Below are positions 28,975 to 38,987 of a stretch of 64,000 nucleotides of DNA, piece after piece; positions within the stretch are counted from its first letter, which is position 1, and each line of letters starts with the position of its first letter. A program made the translations under genes and the position numbers. Origin of the DNA: an uncultured Bacilli bacterium (GTDB lineage Bacteria; Bacillota_I; Bacilli_A; RF39; UBA660); contig CANQZD010000001.1 in the NCBI GenBank assembly GCA_947628275.1, forward strand, positions 16,401 through 80,400, in the 5' to 3' direction. A model generated the notes under the pieces. It did no database searches. It had not been told where the DNA came from and saw only the letters and a program-made list of their open reading frames with translations.

Positions 28975-29063
28975 CGCTTTTTTTGACATTGATATAAAAT
29001 AATCATTGACTTAGTCGTTCGTTTTGTGATATCCTTAAATGGAAGAATAAAGGTGATTAGTGT

Positions 29064-29939
29064 ATGGAATTTTTAGAAAAGTTATATAGCAATGAGAATT
29101 TTGGGCTGTATCTTGTTATAACAATAGCAATTTTAGTCGTTTTGTTTTTCATTGTTTTATTTATGGGAAAAAGTGATGAGAAAAAGACTAAAGCTTTAAA
29201 AAATAAAAAAGAAGAAGTTACGGCTAGTGAAGATATTCCTTTACCAGTTCAGCCAGTTCAAAATTCTGCTACACCAATACCAATAAAACCAATTGGGGAG
29301 AATAATTCTTCAGGAGAAGCCATGGTAATAGGTAGTCCGGTTGTTTCAGAAGTAAGTATTCCTACTCCAGTTGAACCTATTTCAAATATTGAACCTGCTT
29401 TTAAAGAAGTGACTAATGAAGTGCCTGTTGAAGTTCCAGCAGAAGTTAATCAAGAAGTTACTCAAAATGTCGTATTAAATGAAGACGTAAATGATGTCAA
29501 AGAAGTAGAACCACCTGTTGAAGAAGAACCTAAGGAATTTGATTTTGATGCTTTAGCAGATGCGATAAATAAAGAATTAGAATCTATTAAGGAAGCTAAG
29601 TTAGAAGAGACATTAACGAAAGCAGAAAGACCAGTTATTGAAGAAAAACCTTTTGCATTTCCAAATTTTGAAACTGTGGAACCTGATAGAATGCCTCAAG
29701 AGGTTATAAAGCAAGAAAAAGAGGAAGAGATTAAACCAGTTTTAGAAGAAAAGCCAAAAATGCCTGATGTCTTTAGTTCAGTGTATGTAAATCGTAATTC
29801 TGAAGTTGCTGAACCTAAACCTGCTAAACCAGTACCATTTGAGTTACCTAAAATGGCTGATATGCCTAAAAAGGTAGAAAAAGATGTTCATTCATTTTTA
29901 GATGATATAGAAGAAGAAACTTATCAAATTGATAAGTAA
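29064..29939 (+). CDS. Hypothetical membrane-anchored protein with a Pro/Glu/Val-rich acidic extracytoplasmic region
   Basis: An N-terminal TM segment followed by low-complexity 'PVEP/PVEVP' segments. Confidence 0.35.
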   Translation: MEFLEKLYSNENFGLYLVITIAILVVLFFIVLFMGKSDEKKTKALKNKKEEVTASEDIPLPVQPVQNSATPIPIKPIGENNSSGEAMVIGSPVVSEVSIPTPVEPISNIEPAFKEVTNEVPVEVPAEVNQEVTQNVVLNEDVNDVKEVEPPVEEEPKEFDFDALADAINKELESIKEAKLEETLTKAERPVIEEKPFAFPNFETVEPDRMPQEVIKQEKEEEIKPVLEEKPKMPDVFSSVYVNRNSEVAEPKPAKPVPFELPKMADMPKKVEKDVHSFLDDIEEETYQIDK

Positions 29940-30001
29940 AGAATTAGTAAAGTACTAGTTCTTTTTTTCATAAAAAATTTTGTTTATGATATAATACGAA
30001 T

Positions 30002-31183
30002 ATGGGAGGGATTCTAGTGAAATTGTTTAAAAATAATGATAAATTAAATATTGAAGAGGTTAATGAAGTAGTTAGTCTTTCTAAAAAAATATTACATTTA
30101 TTTTACATAGCAATGGTTATTGCAATGGTTTTGATTGTAACGATTATTGCTAGAGAATGGGGAGTATGGAAGTTTTTATTAAGTTTGCTTAGTGTTTTAG
30201 CGCCTTTCTTTATTGGATTTATTATTGCTTGGCTTTTAAATCCTGTTGTTACTAAATTAGAAAATAAGAAAATACCTCGAGTGTTAGGAACGATTATTGT
30301 ATATGCCATATTTTTATTAGCTGTAGTTCTTTTTGTGAGATTTTTAATTCCGACTATCTATACTCAAATTGAAGCTTTGATAAAAAATTTGCCAGAAATA
30401 TTTGGGGAAATCGAAAATATTATTACTAATTTATTTAATCGTTTAAATGGTTTTGATAGTTTTGATTTTAATGCTACGAGAGATAGTATTTTATCAACGT
30501 TAACAAATACTGTTAATAATTTCTTTACATCATTACCTACATTATTAGTTAATATTGTTGGAACTTTGTTTTCAAGCTTGGTTACTATTACGTTTGGATT
30601 AGTTATTGGAGTTTACATTTTAATGGATTTTAATGCTATATATAGTCATTTATTAAAATTTGTTCCTAAGAAAAATCGGTTTGAAATTTCTCTTTTAATT
30701 ACTAATATTTCAACGGAAGTTAGAAAGAGTGTTAATGGAACTTTCTTAGTTGCTTTAATGGTTTTTGTTTGTGATTCTTTTGGCTTTTGGATAATTGGTT
30801 TACAAGCTCCATTATTGTTTGGGTTATTATGTGGAATAACAGATTTAATTCCTTATATAGGGCCATATATTGGGGGAATTATCGCGGCAATTATAGGTTT
30901 TTCTCAAGGACCAATTGTGGGTGTTATGACAATTATTGTAGCTTTAGTAGTTCAATTATTAGAAAACAATATTTTACAACCAATTATTATGAGTAAGACT
31001 ACAAAACTTCATCCGGTGACAATTATAGTTGGTTTGTTGATTTTTGAACATTTCTTTGGTATTATAGGAATGATTTTAGCAACTCCTTGTATTGCCCTTG
31101 CTAAAGTTGTATGGAAGTTTTTTAAAGAAAAGTATAATTTGTTTCATGAAAATAATATTTTAACTGATGAACTAGGAAAGTAA
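30002..31183 (+). CDS. AI-2E family (UPF0118/PerM-like) transporter
   Basis: It has 8 TM segments, and 'GLLCGITDLIPYIGPYIGGIIAAIIGF' is the family signature. Confidence 0.65.
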   Translation: MGGILVKLFKNNDKLNIEEVNEVVSLSKKILHLFYIAMVIAMVLIVTIIAREWGVWKFLLSLLSVLAPFFIGFIIAWLLNPVVTKLENKKIPRVLGTIIVYAIFLLAVVLFVRFLIPTIYTQIEALIKNLPEIFGEIENIITNLFNRLNGFDSFDFNATRDSILSTLTNTVNNFFTSLPTLLVNIVGTLFSSLVTITFGLVIGVYILMDFNAIYSHLLKFVPKKNRFEISLLITNISTEVRKSVNGTFLVALMVFVCDSFGFWIIGLQAPLLFGLLCGITDLIPYIGPYIGGIIAAIIGFSQGPIVGVMTIIVALVVQLLENNILQPIIMSKTTKLHPVTIIVGLLIFEHFFGIIGMILATPCIALAKVVWKFFKEKYNLFHENNILTDELGK

Positions 31184-31189
31184 AAATTG

Positions 31190-31340
31190 GATTTGATAGA
31201 GAGTAAATTGGTGGTGGAAGTTTACATTGAAGATTTTTAACTGCTGCTTAGGGAGGTTAATCGGGTCTGCTCGTTAACAAAAAATAAGTAAAAATAAGGA
31301 TGGTACCGTCTATTTGACTCCTTTGGGTAACATCTTTTTT
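31190..31340 (+). promoter_or_regulatory. T-box riboswitch leader (probable Ala specifier GCU) with an intrinsic terminator
   Basis: The T-box sequence 'AAATAAGGATGGTACCGTC' at 31290-31310. Terminator stem GATGGTACC/GGTAACATC followed by T6. The candidate specifier region is 'AACTGCTGCTTAGGGA'. Confidence 0.7.
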
Positions 31341-31356
31341 GATTGGAGGAAAGTTT

Positions 31357-31887
31357 ATGAGATTGTTTTTAATTGCGGGTAAAGCTGGTAGTGGTAAAAG
31401 TGAAGTTGCAAGTTTAATTAAAGAATATTATGAAAAGAAAGATGAAAAAACGGTTGTAACGGAATATAGTAAATATTTAAAATTATTGGCGAGAGAAATG
31501 CTTAATTGGGATGGAAATCCTCATAATAAACCACGGCAGTTTTTACAAGAAATTGGCTTATTTATTCGTGAAAATTTGAAACAAAGAGATTTATTAATTA
31601 GACGAATGAAAACTGATATGCTGGTTTATGAACGTTTTTTTAAGAATGTTGTTATATCTGATGTAAGATATCCTGAAGAAATAACTTCTATGCAAGAAGA
31701 TTATCCACAAGCAGTTGCAATTTTAGTTATTAATGATTTAGAAGATTCACCATTAACAATTAAGCAAGCTAATCATCAAACAGAACATGCTTTAGATGGC
31801 TTTGATGGATTTGATTATGTAATTCATAATCAGTTTGAGAAAAATTTAAGAAATGATGTATATGAAATATTGGAGGGATTAGAATGA
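31357..31887 (+). CDS. P-loop NTPase, putative nucleotide/nucleoside kinase-like protein (176 aa)
   Basis: Walker A 'GKAGSGKS' at the N-terminus. A 'GGAGGA' RBS lies 6 nt before ATG 31357. The stop overlaps the alaS start (ATGA). Confidence 0.45.
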   Translation: MRLFLIAGKAGSGKSEVASLIKEYYEKKDEKTVVTEYSKYLKLLAREMLNWDGNPHNKPRQFLQEIGLFIRENLKQRDLLIRRMKTDMLVYERFFKNVVISDVRYPEEITSMQEDYPQAVAILVINDLEDSPLTIKQANHQTEHALDGFDGFDYVIHNQFEKNLRNDVYEILEGLE

Positions 31888-33629
31888 ATTTAAAAAAATT
31901 ATATTTAGATTATTTTGAAAGTTTAGGACATGTGGTAGTGCCAAGTGCCCCAGTAGTTCCAGAAAATGATCCATCAGTTTTATTTAATACGGCTGGGATG
32001 CAACCATTAATCCCATATTTAATGGGGGAACCTCATCCTTTTGGTAAAAGATTATGTGATGTTCAAAAATGTATTAGATTAACTGATTTAGAGAGTATTG
32101 GGGATAGTACTCATCATACTTTTTTTGAAATGCTTGGTAATTGGAGTTTAGGTGATTATTTTAAAAAAGAAAGTATTGAATATAGTTTTAATTTTCTAAC
32201 AAAAGTTTTAAATATTCCAGTTAATAAATTAGCTATTACAGTTTATGAAGGTGATGAGCAAATTCCAAAAGATGAAGTAAGTGCGAATAATTGGCTTAAA
32301 CATGGAATACCAAAAGAAAGAATTGCCTTTTTAGGGCGAGATGATAATTTTTGGATAGCAGGTGAATCAGGTCCTTGTGGTGGCGATACAGAAATCTTTT
32401 ATTGGCGAAGTGAAGAAGAAGTTCCTGTAGAGTTTGACCCAAGTGATAATAGATGGGTAGAAATATGGAATAATGTTTTTATGGAATATTATCAAGATAA
32501 AGATGGTAAAATAACAGAATTAAAAGCTAAAAATGTTGATACTGGAATGGGTGTTGAAAGAACGACTGCAATTTTAGAAGGCGTTAATGATAATTATTTA
32601 ACAAGTATTTGGCATGAAGCTTTAAGTTCTTTAGAAGAAATTACAAAATTGCCTTATAAGGGTAATGAAGAGTCAATGCGAATTATTTTAGACCATCTTA
32701 GAACCTCTGTTTTTATTGCTGCTGATCCAAGTGGTATTAAGCCAAGTAATACTGATCAAGGTTATATTTTAAGAAGATTAATTAGAAGAGCTATTCGTCA
32801 TGCTAGAAAGTTAAATATTGATATTGCTAGTGATTGGGAAGCTAGGTTGGCTAAAGTTTATATTAAAGAATATCAAGATACTTATAAAGAATTAAAGGAA
32901 AATGAACAAGTTGTTTTAGATGTTTTAAAAAATGAAAAAGAAAAGTTTAATAAAACTTTAGAGAAGGGTTTAAAAATTTTTGAAAAATTAACTAAAAATA
33001 TGCAAGATGTTGATGGTGAGACGGCTTTTCATTTATATGATACTTATGGATTTCCAATTGAATTAACTCTTGAAGTTGCTCGTGAAGCAAATATGAAAGT
33101 AGATTTGGATGGTTTTAAACAAAAATTTAGTGAACATCAGGAAAAATCAAGGACAGCTTCAGCTGGTAAATTTAAAGGTGGTTTAAGTGGTGATGGGGTT
33201 ATTGAAACTAAATATCATACAGCAACTCATTTACTTAATGCAGCTTTAAAAATTGTTGTTAATAAAGATGTTCATCAAAAAGGAAGTAATATTACTCCAG
33301 AGCGATTACGGTTTGACTTTTCTTGTGATCATAAGTTGAGTGAAGAAGAAAAACAAAAAGTTGAACAAATTGTAAATGATTGGATTAACGAAGATTTAGT
33401 AGTTGAAAAATTAACAATGAAAAAAGATGAAGCTATAGCTTCGGGAGCTGAATGTATGTTTATAGAAAAATATCCGGATATTGTAAGTGTTTATAAAATT
33501 GGTGAAGTTTCTAAAGAATTATGTGGAGGTCCTCATGTTAAAAGGACAAAAGAATTAGGAACTTTTAAAATAATTAAAGAAGAAGCCTCTTCAGCTGGAG
33601 TTAGAAGAATTAAAGCAATTTTGCAATAA
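31884..33629 (+). CDS. alaS: Alanyl-tRNA synthetase, compact form (aminoacylation + editing domains, no C-Ala domain)
   Basis: The class II AlaRS N-terminus 'HVVVPSAPVVPENDPSVLFNTAGMQP...FEMLGNWSLGDYFK'. The editing-domain motifs 'HTATHLL' and 'CGGPHV' lie at the C-terminus. The protein is 581 aa and ends at a terminator. Confidence 0.8.
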   Translation: MNLKKLYLDYFESLGHVVVPSAPVVPENDPSVLFNTAGMQPLIPYLMGEPHPFGKRLCDVQKCIRLTDLESIGDSTHHTFFEMLGNWSLGDYFKKESIEYSFNFLTKVLNIPVNKLAITVYEGDEQIPKDEVSANNWLKHGIPKERIAFLGRDDNFWIAGESGPCGGDTEIFYWRSEEEVPVEFDPSDNRWVEIWNNVFMEYYQDKDGKITELKAKNVDTGMGVERTTAILEGVNDNYLTSIWHEALSSLEEITKLPYKGNEESMRIILDHLRTSVFIAADPSGIKPSNTDQGYILRRLIRRAIRHARKLNIDIASDWEARLAKVYIKEYQDTYKELKENEQVVLDVLKNEKEKFNKTLEKGLKIFEKLTKNMQDVDGETAFHLYDTYGFPIELTLEVAREANMKVDLDGFKQKFSEHQEKSRTASAGKFKGGLSGDGVIETKYHTATHLLNAALKIVVNKDVHQKGSNITPERLRFDFSCDHKLSEEEKQKVEQIVNDWINEDLVVEKLTMKKDEAIASGAECMFIEKYPDIVSVYKIGEVSKELCGGPHVKRTKELGTFKIIKEEASSAGVRRIKAILQ

Positions 33630-33670
33630 AATATAAATTATTTACACATCAAAATGAAGTTATATGATAA

Positions 33671-33710
33671 AAGTAGACAAAGAGAAAAACACTCTAGTCT
33701 ACTTTTTCTT
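33671..33710 (+). terminator. Rho-independent terminator after alaS
   Basis: 'AAGTAGAC...GTCTACTT' followed by a T-rich tract. Confidence 0.5.
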
Positions 33711-33785
33711 ATGGTAAAATTAAAACATTTAATATTTAATTTTTGGCTTCTTCATAGTATAATGTTTAAGAAAGTTGGTGAGGAT

Positions 33786-34442
33786 ATGGACTTTGATAAA
33801 TTTTTTGAAAAGTATAATATTAAAATTAAAAATAAAAAGTTAATGTTGCAAGCTTTTACTCATAGTTCTTATTCAAATGAACGGCATACTAAAAATTATG
33901 AAAGATTAGAGTTTTTAGGTGATGCGGTATTGCAATTAATAACTAGCGAATATTTTTATTTAAACACTAATTTGCAAGAAGGCGCGATGAGTAAAGAAAG
34001 AGCTTGTTTTGTTTGTGAGAAAGCTTTAGCAACTTATGCTAAGAAAATTGGTTTAAATAAGTATATTCTTGTTGGCAAGGGACAACAAAAAGATATTAAT
34101 GATACAATAATTGCAGATGTATTTGAAAGTGTTTTGGGGGCCATTTATTTAGATTGCGGTTTTGATGTTGCTAAACGTTATGCTGATGAAATAATTTTAC
34201 CTTTTATTAAAAATGATACTCATTTTTTAAGGGATTATAAATCTTTGCTTCAAGAATTAGTTCAAACTGATCGGCAAAGTTTAACTTATGAATTAATAAG
34301 TGAAAGTGGACCAGCTCATGATAAGTGCTTTGAAATGGAAGTAGTTATTGATGGAATAGTTTATGGTAAAGGCAGCGGCAAGAGTAAAAAAGAGGCAGAG
34401 CAACAAGCAGCATATAATGCTTATCAAAAAAGGGCAAAGTAG
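33786..34442 (+). CDS. rnc: Ribonuclease III
   Basis: The signature 'ERLEFLGDAVL' and a C-terminal dsRBD. 'GGTGAGGA' RBS precedes ATG 33786; the upstream part of the track ORF is spurious. Confidence 0.9.
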   Translation: MDFDKFFEKYNIKIKNKKLMLQAFTHSSYSNERHTKNYERLEFLGDAVLQLITSEYFYLNTNLQEGAMSKERACFVCEKALATYAKKIGLNKYILVGKGQQKDINDTIIADVFESVLGAIYLDCGFDVAKRYADEIILPFIKNDTHFLRDYKSLLQELVQTDRQSLTYELISESGPAHDKCFEMEVVIDGIVYGKGSGKSKKEAEQQAAYNAYQKRAK

Positions 34443-34449
34443 GTGAATT

Positions 34450-37386
34450 ATGAAGTTAAAAAGTATTAGGATTAATGGATTTAAATCCTTTGCTGATAAA
34501 ATAGATTTGGAATTTAAAAGTAACATTACGGCTATTGTGGGACCAAATGGTTCAGGCAAGAGTAATATTGTTGATGCGGTAAGATGGGTTTTAGGTGAAC
34601 AGTCAGTTAAAAGTTTACGGGGTTCTAAAGAGATGATTGATGTTATTTTTGCGGGTAGTGAAGAAAGAGGCGGTTTAAAAAGAGCTGAAGTTGCTTTAGA
34701 GTTTGATAATAATCCTAAATTTTTGAATACTGATTTAGATGTTGTTGAAATTAAAAGAGTTTTATATAAAACAGGTGAAAATGAATATTTTATTAATAAT
34801 TCTAAAGTAAGATTAAAAGATATTACTAATCTTTTCTTAGATAGTGGAATAGGTAATGATTCACTTAATATTATTAGTCAAGGAAGTATAGAACAAATTG
34901 TTACTGCTAAGCCTATAGAACGTCGGGTTATTTTAGAAAGTGCTAGTAAAGTTTTAAAATATAAAAATCGTAAAAATGAAAGTTTGAAAAAATTAGAAAA
35001 AGCTAATGATAATTTAGATAAAGTTGATTTAGTTATTAAAGAATTAGAAGGTAATTTAGAACCTTTAAAAAAACAAAGTGAAGAAGCTCGGGCTTATTTA
35101 ACAATTTTAAATGAATATGAAGAAATTGATCGAGCTTTAACAACTTTTGATATTAAAAAAAATCATGAAGAATTAGAAACTTTGGCTTATAAAAAACAAG
35201 AGTTAGAAGAGCAAAAATTAAATATTGAAGCATCTAATAGTTTAGATAATAGTAAATTAGAAAATTATAAAACTAAAAGTTTAAATTTAGAAGAAGAAAT
35301 TCAAAAATTAAATGAAGAATATACGGTTTTAGCTGAAAAATTAGTAAATATTGAAAGTGAAAAAAAGCTGATTTTAGAACGAAAAAAGTATGCTGTTGAT
35401 GAGAAAATGGTTGATGAACAGTATTTAGCTTTAAAAGAAAAAGAAAAAGATTTAGAAAAAGAACAATCAGTAATAACAGATAATTTAAAAACAAAAGAAG
35501 AAGAATTAAATAAAGTAATTAATCAACTTGGTCATCTTGATGAGACAACTTTGATTTTAAATAATAAGAAACGTAATAATGATTTAGTTTATCAAAATAA
35601 AATTCGGGATGAAGTTTTATTAACAAATCAAATTGAGGTTTTAAAGAATAATTTATTAGAAGATAATAATATTCCAGTTGCGGTTAAAAATGTTATTCAT
35701 AATCCTCGTTTAAAAGGAATTAGGGGAACTATTGGTAAATTAATTACGGTTAAGGAAGATTTAAGTTTAGCGGTTAATGTTGCTTTGGCAAATGCGATTA
35801 ATTTTGTAGTTGTGCAAACTGATGATGATGCGAAAAAGGCAATTAATTATTTAAAAGATAATCATTTAGGAAGAGTAACTTTTTTTCCAATGAATATTAT
35901 TTTGAGTCGTAAATTGCCTAGTGAAGTAATTAGTGAAGCAAGAGAATGTCCTGGTTTTGTGGGAGTAGCTTCTGATTTAGTTAGTTATGATAATGAATAT
36001 CAAAAAATAATTGAAAATCAATTAGGAAATATTTTAATAACTAAAGATATGGATGCAATGAATAGTTTAGCTAAAAAGTTTAATTATAAGTATCGAGTAG
36101 TTTCTTTAGATGGTGAGATAATGCATGCTGGAGGTAGCATTAGTGGAGGAACTTTAAAGGTTAATAGTTCTTTGAATGATCAATTAGAATTAGAACGAAA
36201 AGAACGAAGTTTAAAGACTTTACAAGAAGAAAAAAATAAATTAAATAAAAATAATGAAAACTTAACTGAAGAATTAGATAATTATCAAAAACAACGATTA
36301 GAAATTCAAAATAAACAATATTTAATGCAAAAAGAAGTAAATGATTTAAAAAATAAATTAGAAGATACTTATAAAGAATTAACGGAAATAAAATCAAGTA
36401 TTAAAAGAACTGATACTTTAAAAAATGGCAGTATTGAAAAAGAAATAGAACAATTATTAAAGGAAGAACAAGATGTTGGTACTAAAAAGGAATTAACTAA
36501 TAATAAGATTAAAAATTTACGAAAAGAAAAAAGTGATATTGCTAGTTTATTAGCTGAAGAAGAGTTATTAGCGCGCCGGAAGAATAGTGAATTGCATACT
36601 ATTGTTAATGAATTAAATGAATTAGAAATTGCTAAAAATAAAATTGATGTTCAAATGGATTATCTTTTAAATCATTTGAGTGAAGATTATCATCTTACTT
36701 TTGATAAAGCTAAAACTATGTATATGTTAGATATGGATTATAATCTTGCTAAAGAAAATACTAGACGTTTGAAAAATCAATTAGGAACATATAAGATGGT
36801 TAATTTAGGAAGTATTGATGAGTATAATCGAATTAATGATCGTTATGAATTTTTGAATTCTCAGAAAGAAGATTTAGTTAAAGCTATTGATGATTTAGAT
36901 AGAATAATTAAAGAGATGGATGAGAAAATGGTTGAGCGATTAACTAAGACTTTTGATTTGATTTCAAAAGAATTTGAAGTAGTGTTTAAAAAATTATTTA
37001 AGGGTGGTAAAGGTTTATTAAAATTGACTGATCCAGATAATATTTTAGAAACTGGTATTGAAATTATTGCAGAACCTCCAGGTAAAAAACTTAGTAATAT
37101 TGCACTTTTATCAGGTGGGGAAAAAACTTTAACTGCAATTGCCTTGTTGTTTGCTATTTTAAATGTTTTTCCAGTCCCTTTCTGTATTTTAGATGAAGTT
37201 GAGGCTGCTTTAGATGAGGCAAATGTTGATACTTTTGGAGAGTATTTACAAGAACAAAAAGCTAAGAGTGAATATATTTTAATTACTCATAAGAAAAGAA
37301 CAATGGAATATGCTGATACTTTATATGGAATTACAATGCAAGAAAAGGGAGTATCAAAAATTGTAAGTGTTAAATTGGAAGATTAA
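34450..37386 (+). CDS. smc: Chromosome partition protein SMC (short, 978 aa)
   Basis: Walker A 'GPNGSGKSN', long coiled coils, a hinge and the C-terminal 'LSGGEKTLTAIALLFA' signature with 'ILDEVEAALD'. Confidence 0.85.
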   Translation: MKLKSIRINGFKSFADKIDLEFKSNITAIVGPNGSGKSNIVDAVRWVLGEQSVKSLRGSKEMIDVIFAGSEERGGLKRAEVALEFDNNPKFLNTDLDVVEIKRVLYKTGENEYFINNSKVRLKDITNLFLDSGIGNDSLNIISQGSIEQIVTAKPIERRVILESASKVLKYKNRKNESLKKLEKANDNLDKVDLVIKELEGNLEPLKKQSEEARAYLTILNEYEEIDRALTTFDIKKNHEELETLAYKKQELEEQKLNIEASNSLDNSKLENYKTKSLNLEEEIQKLNEEYTVLAEKLVNIESEKKLILERKKYAVDEKMVDEQYLALKEKEKDLEKEQSVITDNLKTKEEELNKVINQLGHLDETTLILNNKKRNNDLVYQNKIRDEVLLTNQIEVLKNNLLEDNNIPVAVKNVIHNPRLKGIRGTIGKLITVKEDLSLAVNVALANAINFVVVQTDDDAKKAINYLKDNHLGRVTFFPMNIILSRKLPSEVISEARECPGFVGVASDLVSYDNEYQKIIENQLGNILITKDMDAMNSLAKKFNYKYRVVSLDGEIMHAGGSISGGTLKVNSSLNDQLELERKERSLKTLQEEKNKLNKNNENLTEELDNYQKQRLEIQNKQYLMQKEVNDLKNKLEDTYKELTEIKSSIKRTDTLKNGSIEKEIEQLLKEEQDVGTKKELTNNKIKNLRKEKSDIASLLAEEELLARRKNSELHTIVNELNELEIAKNKIDVQMDYLLNHLSEDYHLTFDKAKTMYMLDMDYNLAKENTRRLKNQLGTYKMVNLGSIDEYNRINDRYEFLNSQKEDLVKAIDDLDRIIKEMDEKMVERLTKTFDLISKEFEVVFKKLFKGGKGLLKLTDPDNILETGIEIIAEPPGKKLSNIALLSGGEKTLTAIALLFAILNVFPVPFCILDEVEAALDEANVDTFGEYLQEQKAKSEYILITHKKRTMEYADTLYGITMQEKGVSKIVSVKLED

Positions 37387-37390
37387 AATG

Positions 37391-37425
37391 AATGTTAGTA
37401 GAAATTGTTTACTAACATTTTTTAG
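37391..37425 (+). terminator. Rho-independent terminator after smc
   Basis: 'ATGTTAGTAgaaattgttTACTAACAT' followed by T6. Confidence 0.55.
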
Positions 37426-37508
37426 TTAGTTAAAATGTAAAACTAAACCATTAAGTTAGTTAATTATTTAAAGGAGTATGTTAAAATCTGATTAAAAAGA
37501 GGTGCATT

Positions 37509-38312
37509 ATGAATAAAGATAAAATTGCTAAACTAATTTATGAATTACGAAAAGAAAAAGGTTTAACTCAAAAAGAACTTGCTGAAAAATTATATATAAG
37601 TGAACAAGCTATAAGTAAATGGGAAAGAGGAATTTGTTTGCCTAATTTAACAATGATTAAAGAATTAGCTAAAATATTTGATATAAGTATTGCTGAATTT
37701 ATTGCTGGAGAAAAAATAACAGCTGAAAATAAATTGGAACAAATAGATGAAATATATTTTTCAAGTTGGCAAGAAGAAAAACGTAAAAGTTATTTTAAAT
37801 CAATTATGTTATATATAATTATAATATTTTTAGTAATTGTTTTTATTAGTTTAGGTTTTTTCTTTTTAAAAAATTATCAAAGAATATATGTTTATAAATT
37901 TAAAGGAGATACATTACATTATTTGTTTACTGATGGTTTAGCTATTTATTCAGATAAAGAAGGCTTAATTAAAATTGGTCATTTTGTTAAAGATAATAAT
38001 TTTCCAATTGCTGATGAGACAATAACAAAAGCTGATATAACAATTTATTTTGATGATAAAGAATTAGAAAAAATTAGTTATGAAAAGGGAAGAGAAAGTT
38101 TTGCAGATTGGCTTTCAGATATTAATATTTCATATATAGAAGATTTTCATCAAGATTGTAAAAAAGGATGTATGGAAGATAGTTTTGTAACATCTAATAA
38201 AAATGAATTTCCTAATAATTTAAAAATGATAATGGAATATTGTGATGAGATTGAATGTCATAGCGATCTGTTTAAGATTAAAGCCACAGTTATGGCTGAA
38301 AATGATTTTTAA
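37509..38312 (+). CDS. Membrane-anchored XRE-family HTH regulator with a Cys-containing extracytoplasmic C-terminal domain
   Basis: The HTH 'LRKEKGLTQKELAEKLYISEQAISKWERG' and a TM segment 'IMLYIIIIFLVIVFISLGFFFL'. Confidence 0.6.
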   Translation: MNKDKIAKLIYELRKEKGLTQKELAEKLYISEQAISKWERGICLPNLTMIKELAKIFDISIAEFIAGEKITAENKLEQIDEIYFSSWQEEKRKSYFKSIMLYIIIIFLVIVFISLGFFFLKNYQRIYVYKFKGDTLHYLFTDGLAIYSDKEGLIKIGHFVKDNNFPIADETITKADITIYFDDKELEKISYEKGRESFADWLSDINISYIEDFHQDCKKGCMEDSFVTSNKNEFPNNLKMIMEYCDEIECHSDLFKIKATVMAENDF

Positions 38313-38347
38313 ATAATACTTGACATCTATATAATACTTATGATAAG

Positions 38348-38896
38348 ATGATATCTTCTCATGAAGGAGTTGAGATTATGCAAGATGTTTATGGGATTAT
38401 TGTTAAACAAGCTAAAAGGGAAAATTATGGATTTCCTTATAAGTCTTTAGAAACAATTGATGAAATAATGACTTCTAATAAAAAAGCTGATTTAATTGCT
38501 AAACTTAAGGAAGAAAATATAATTCCATATTTAACTGATGAGTGTGATATTGCAGTTGGAATAGTAGAAAATAAAAAGTGGTTGGAAAGAAAAATTATTC
38601 CAACTATTACTGATAAAGAAATTTTAACTTTTCCTTTTGAAGAAATTTTTATAAAGTATGAAAATGAATGTTCATTGTGTTTATATAATCAGTTAATATA
38701 TTTGGTTGATAAAAATTATGTTTCATTAGAATTTAAAAATGCATTATTATCTTTAAAAAAAGATGCCAAAACATTTATAAATTTATATAAAACATTACCG
38801 TATGTTGATAGACGTTTATTAAGATATACTTTATTTAAAAATCTTCATTTGGTTCAGGAAAATAATATTTTATTAAAAAGAACAATTAATGAATAA
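38348..38896 (+). CDS. Hypothetical cytoplasmic protein (182 aa)
   Basis: An ORF with a weak RBS and no recognisable motif. Confidence 0.3.
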   Translation: MISSHEGVEIMQDVYGIIVKQAKRENYGFPYKSLETIDEIMTSNKKADLIAKLKEENIIPYLTDECDIAVGIVENKKWLERKIIPTITDKEILTFPFEEIFIKYENECSLCLYNQLIYLVDKNYVSLEFKNALLSLKKDAKTFINLYKTLPYVDRRLLRYTLFKNLHLVQENNILLKRTINE

Positions 38897-38987
38897 TAAG
38901 AGAAAAACTATTTTAAATTTTAGTTTTTTTCTTTACAAAATTATTATTCGCTTTTATAATAAAAAACATTATTAAGGACGTGATAAC

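Noticed and set aside
31884-33629. Idea that the short alaS is a frameshifted pseudogene
   Set aside because: The ORF ends in a clean stop immediately followed by a terminator hairpin. The next ORF upstream extension (33654-33785) shows no C-Ala-like sequence. The editing domain is intact through CGGPHV.
33654-33785. 44-aa N-terminal extension of rnc
   Set aside because: RNase III homology begins at MDFDKFF, which is preceded by a GGTGAGGA RBS.
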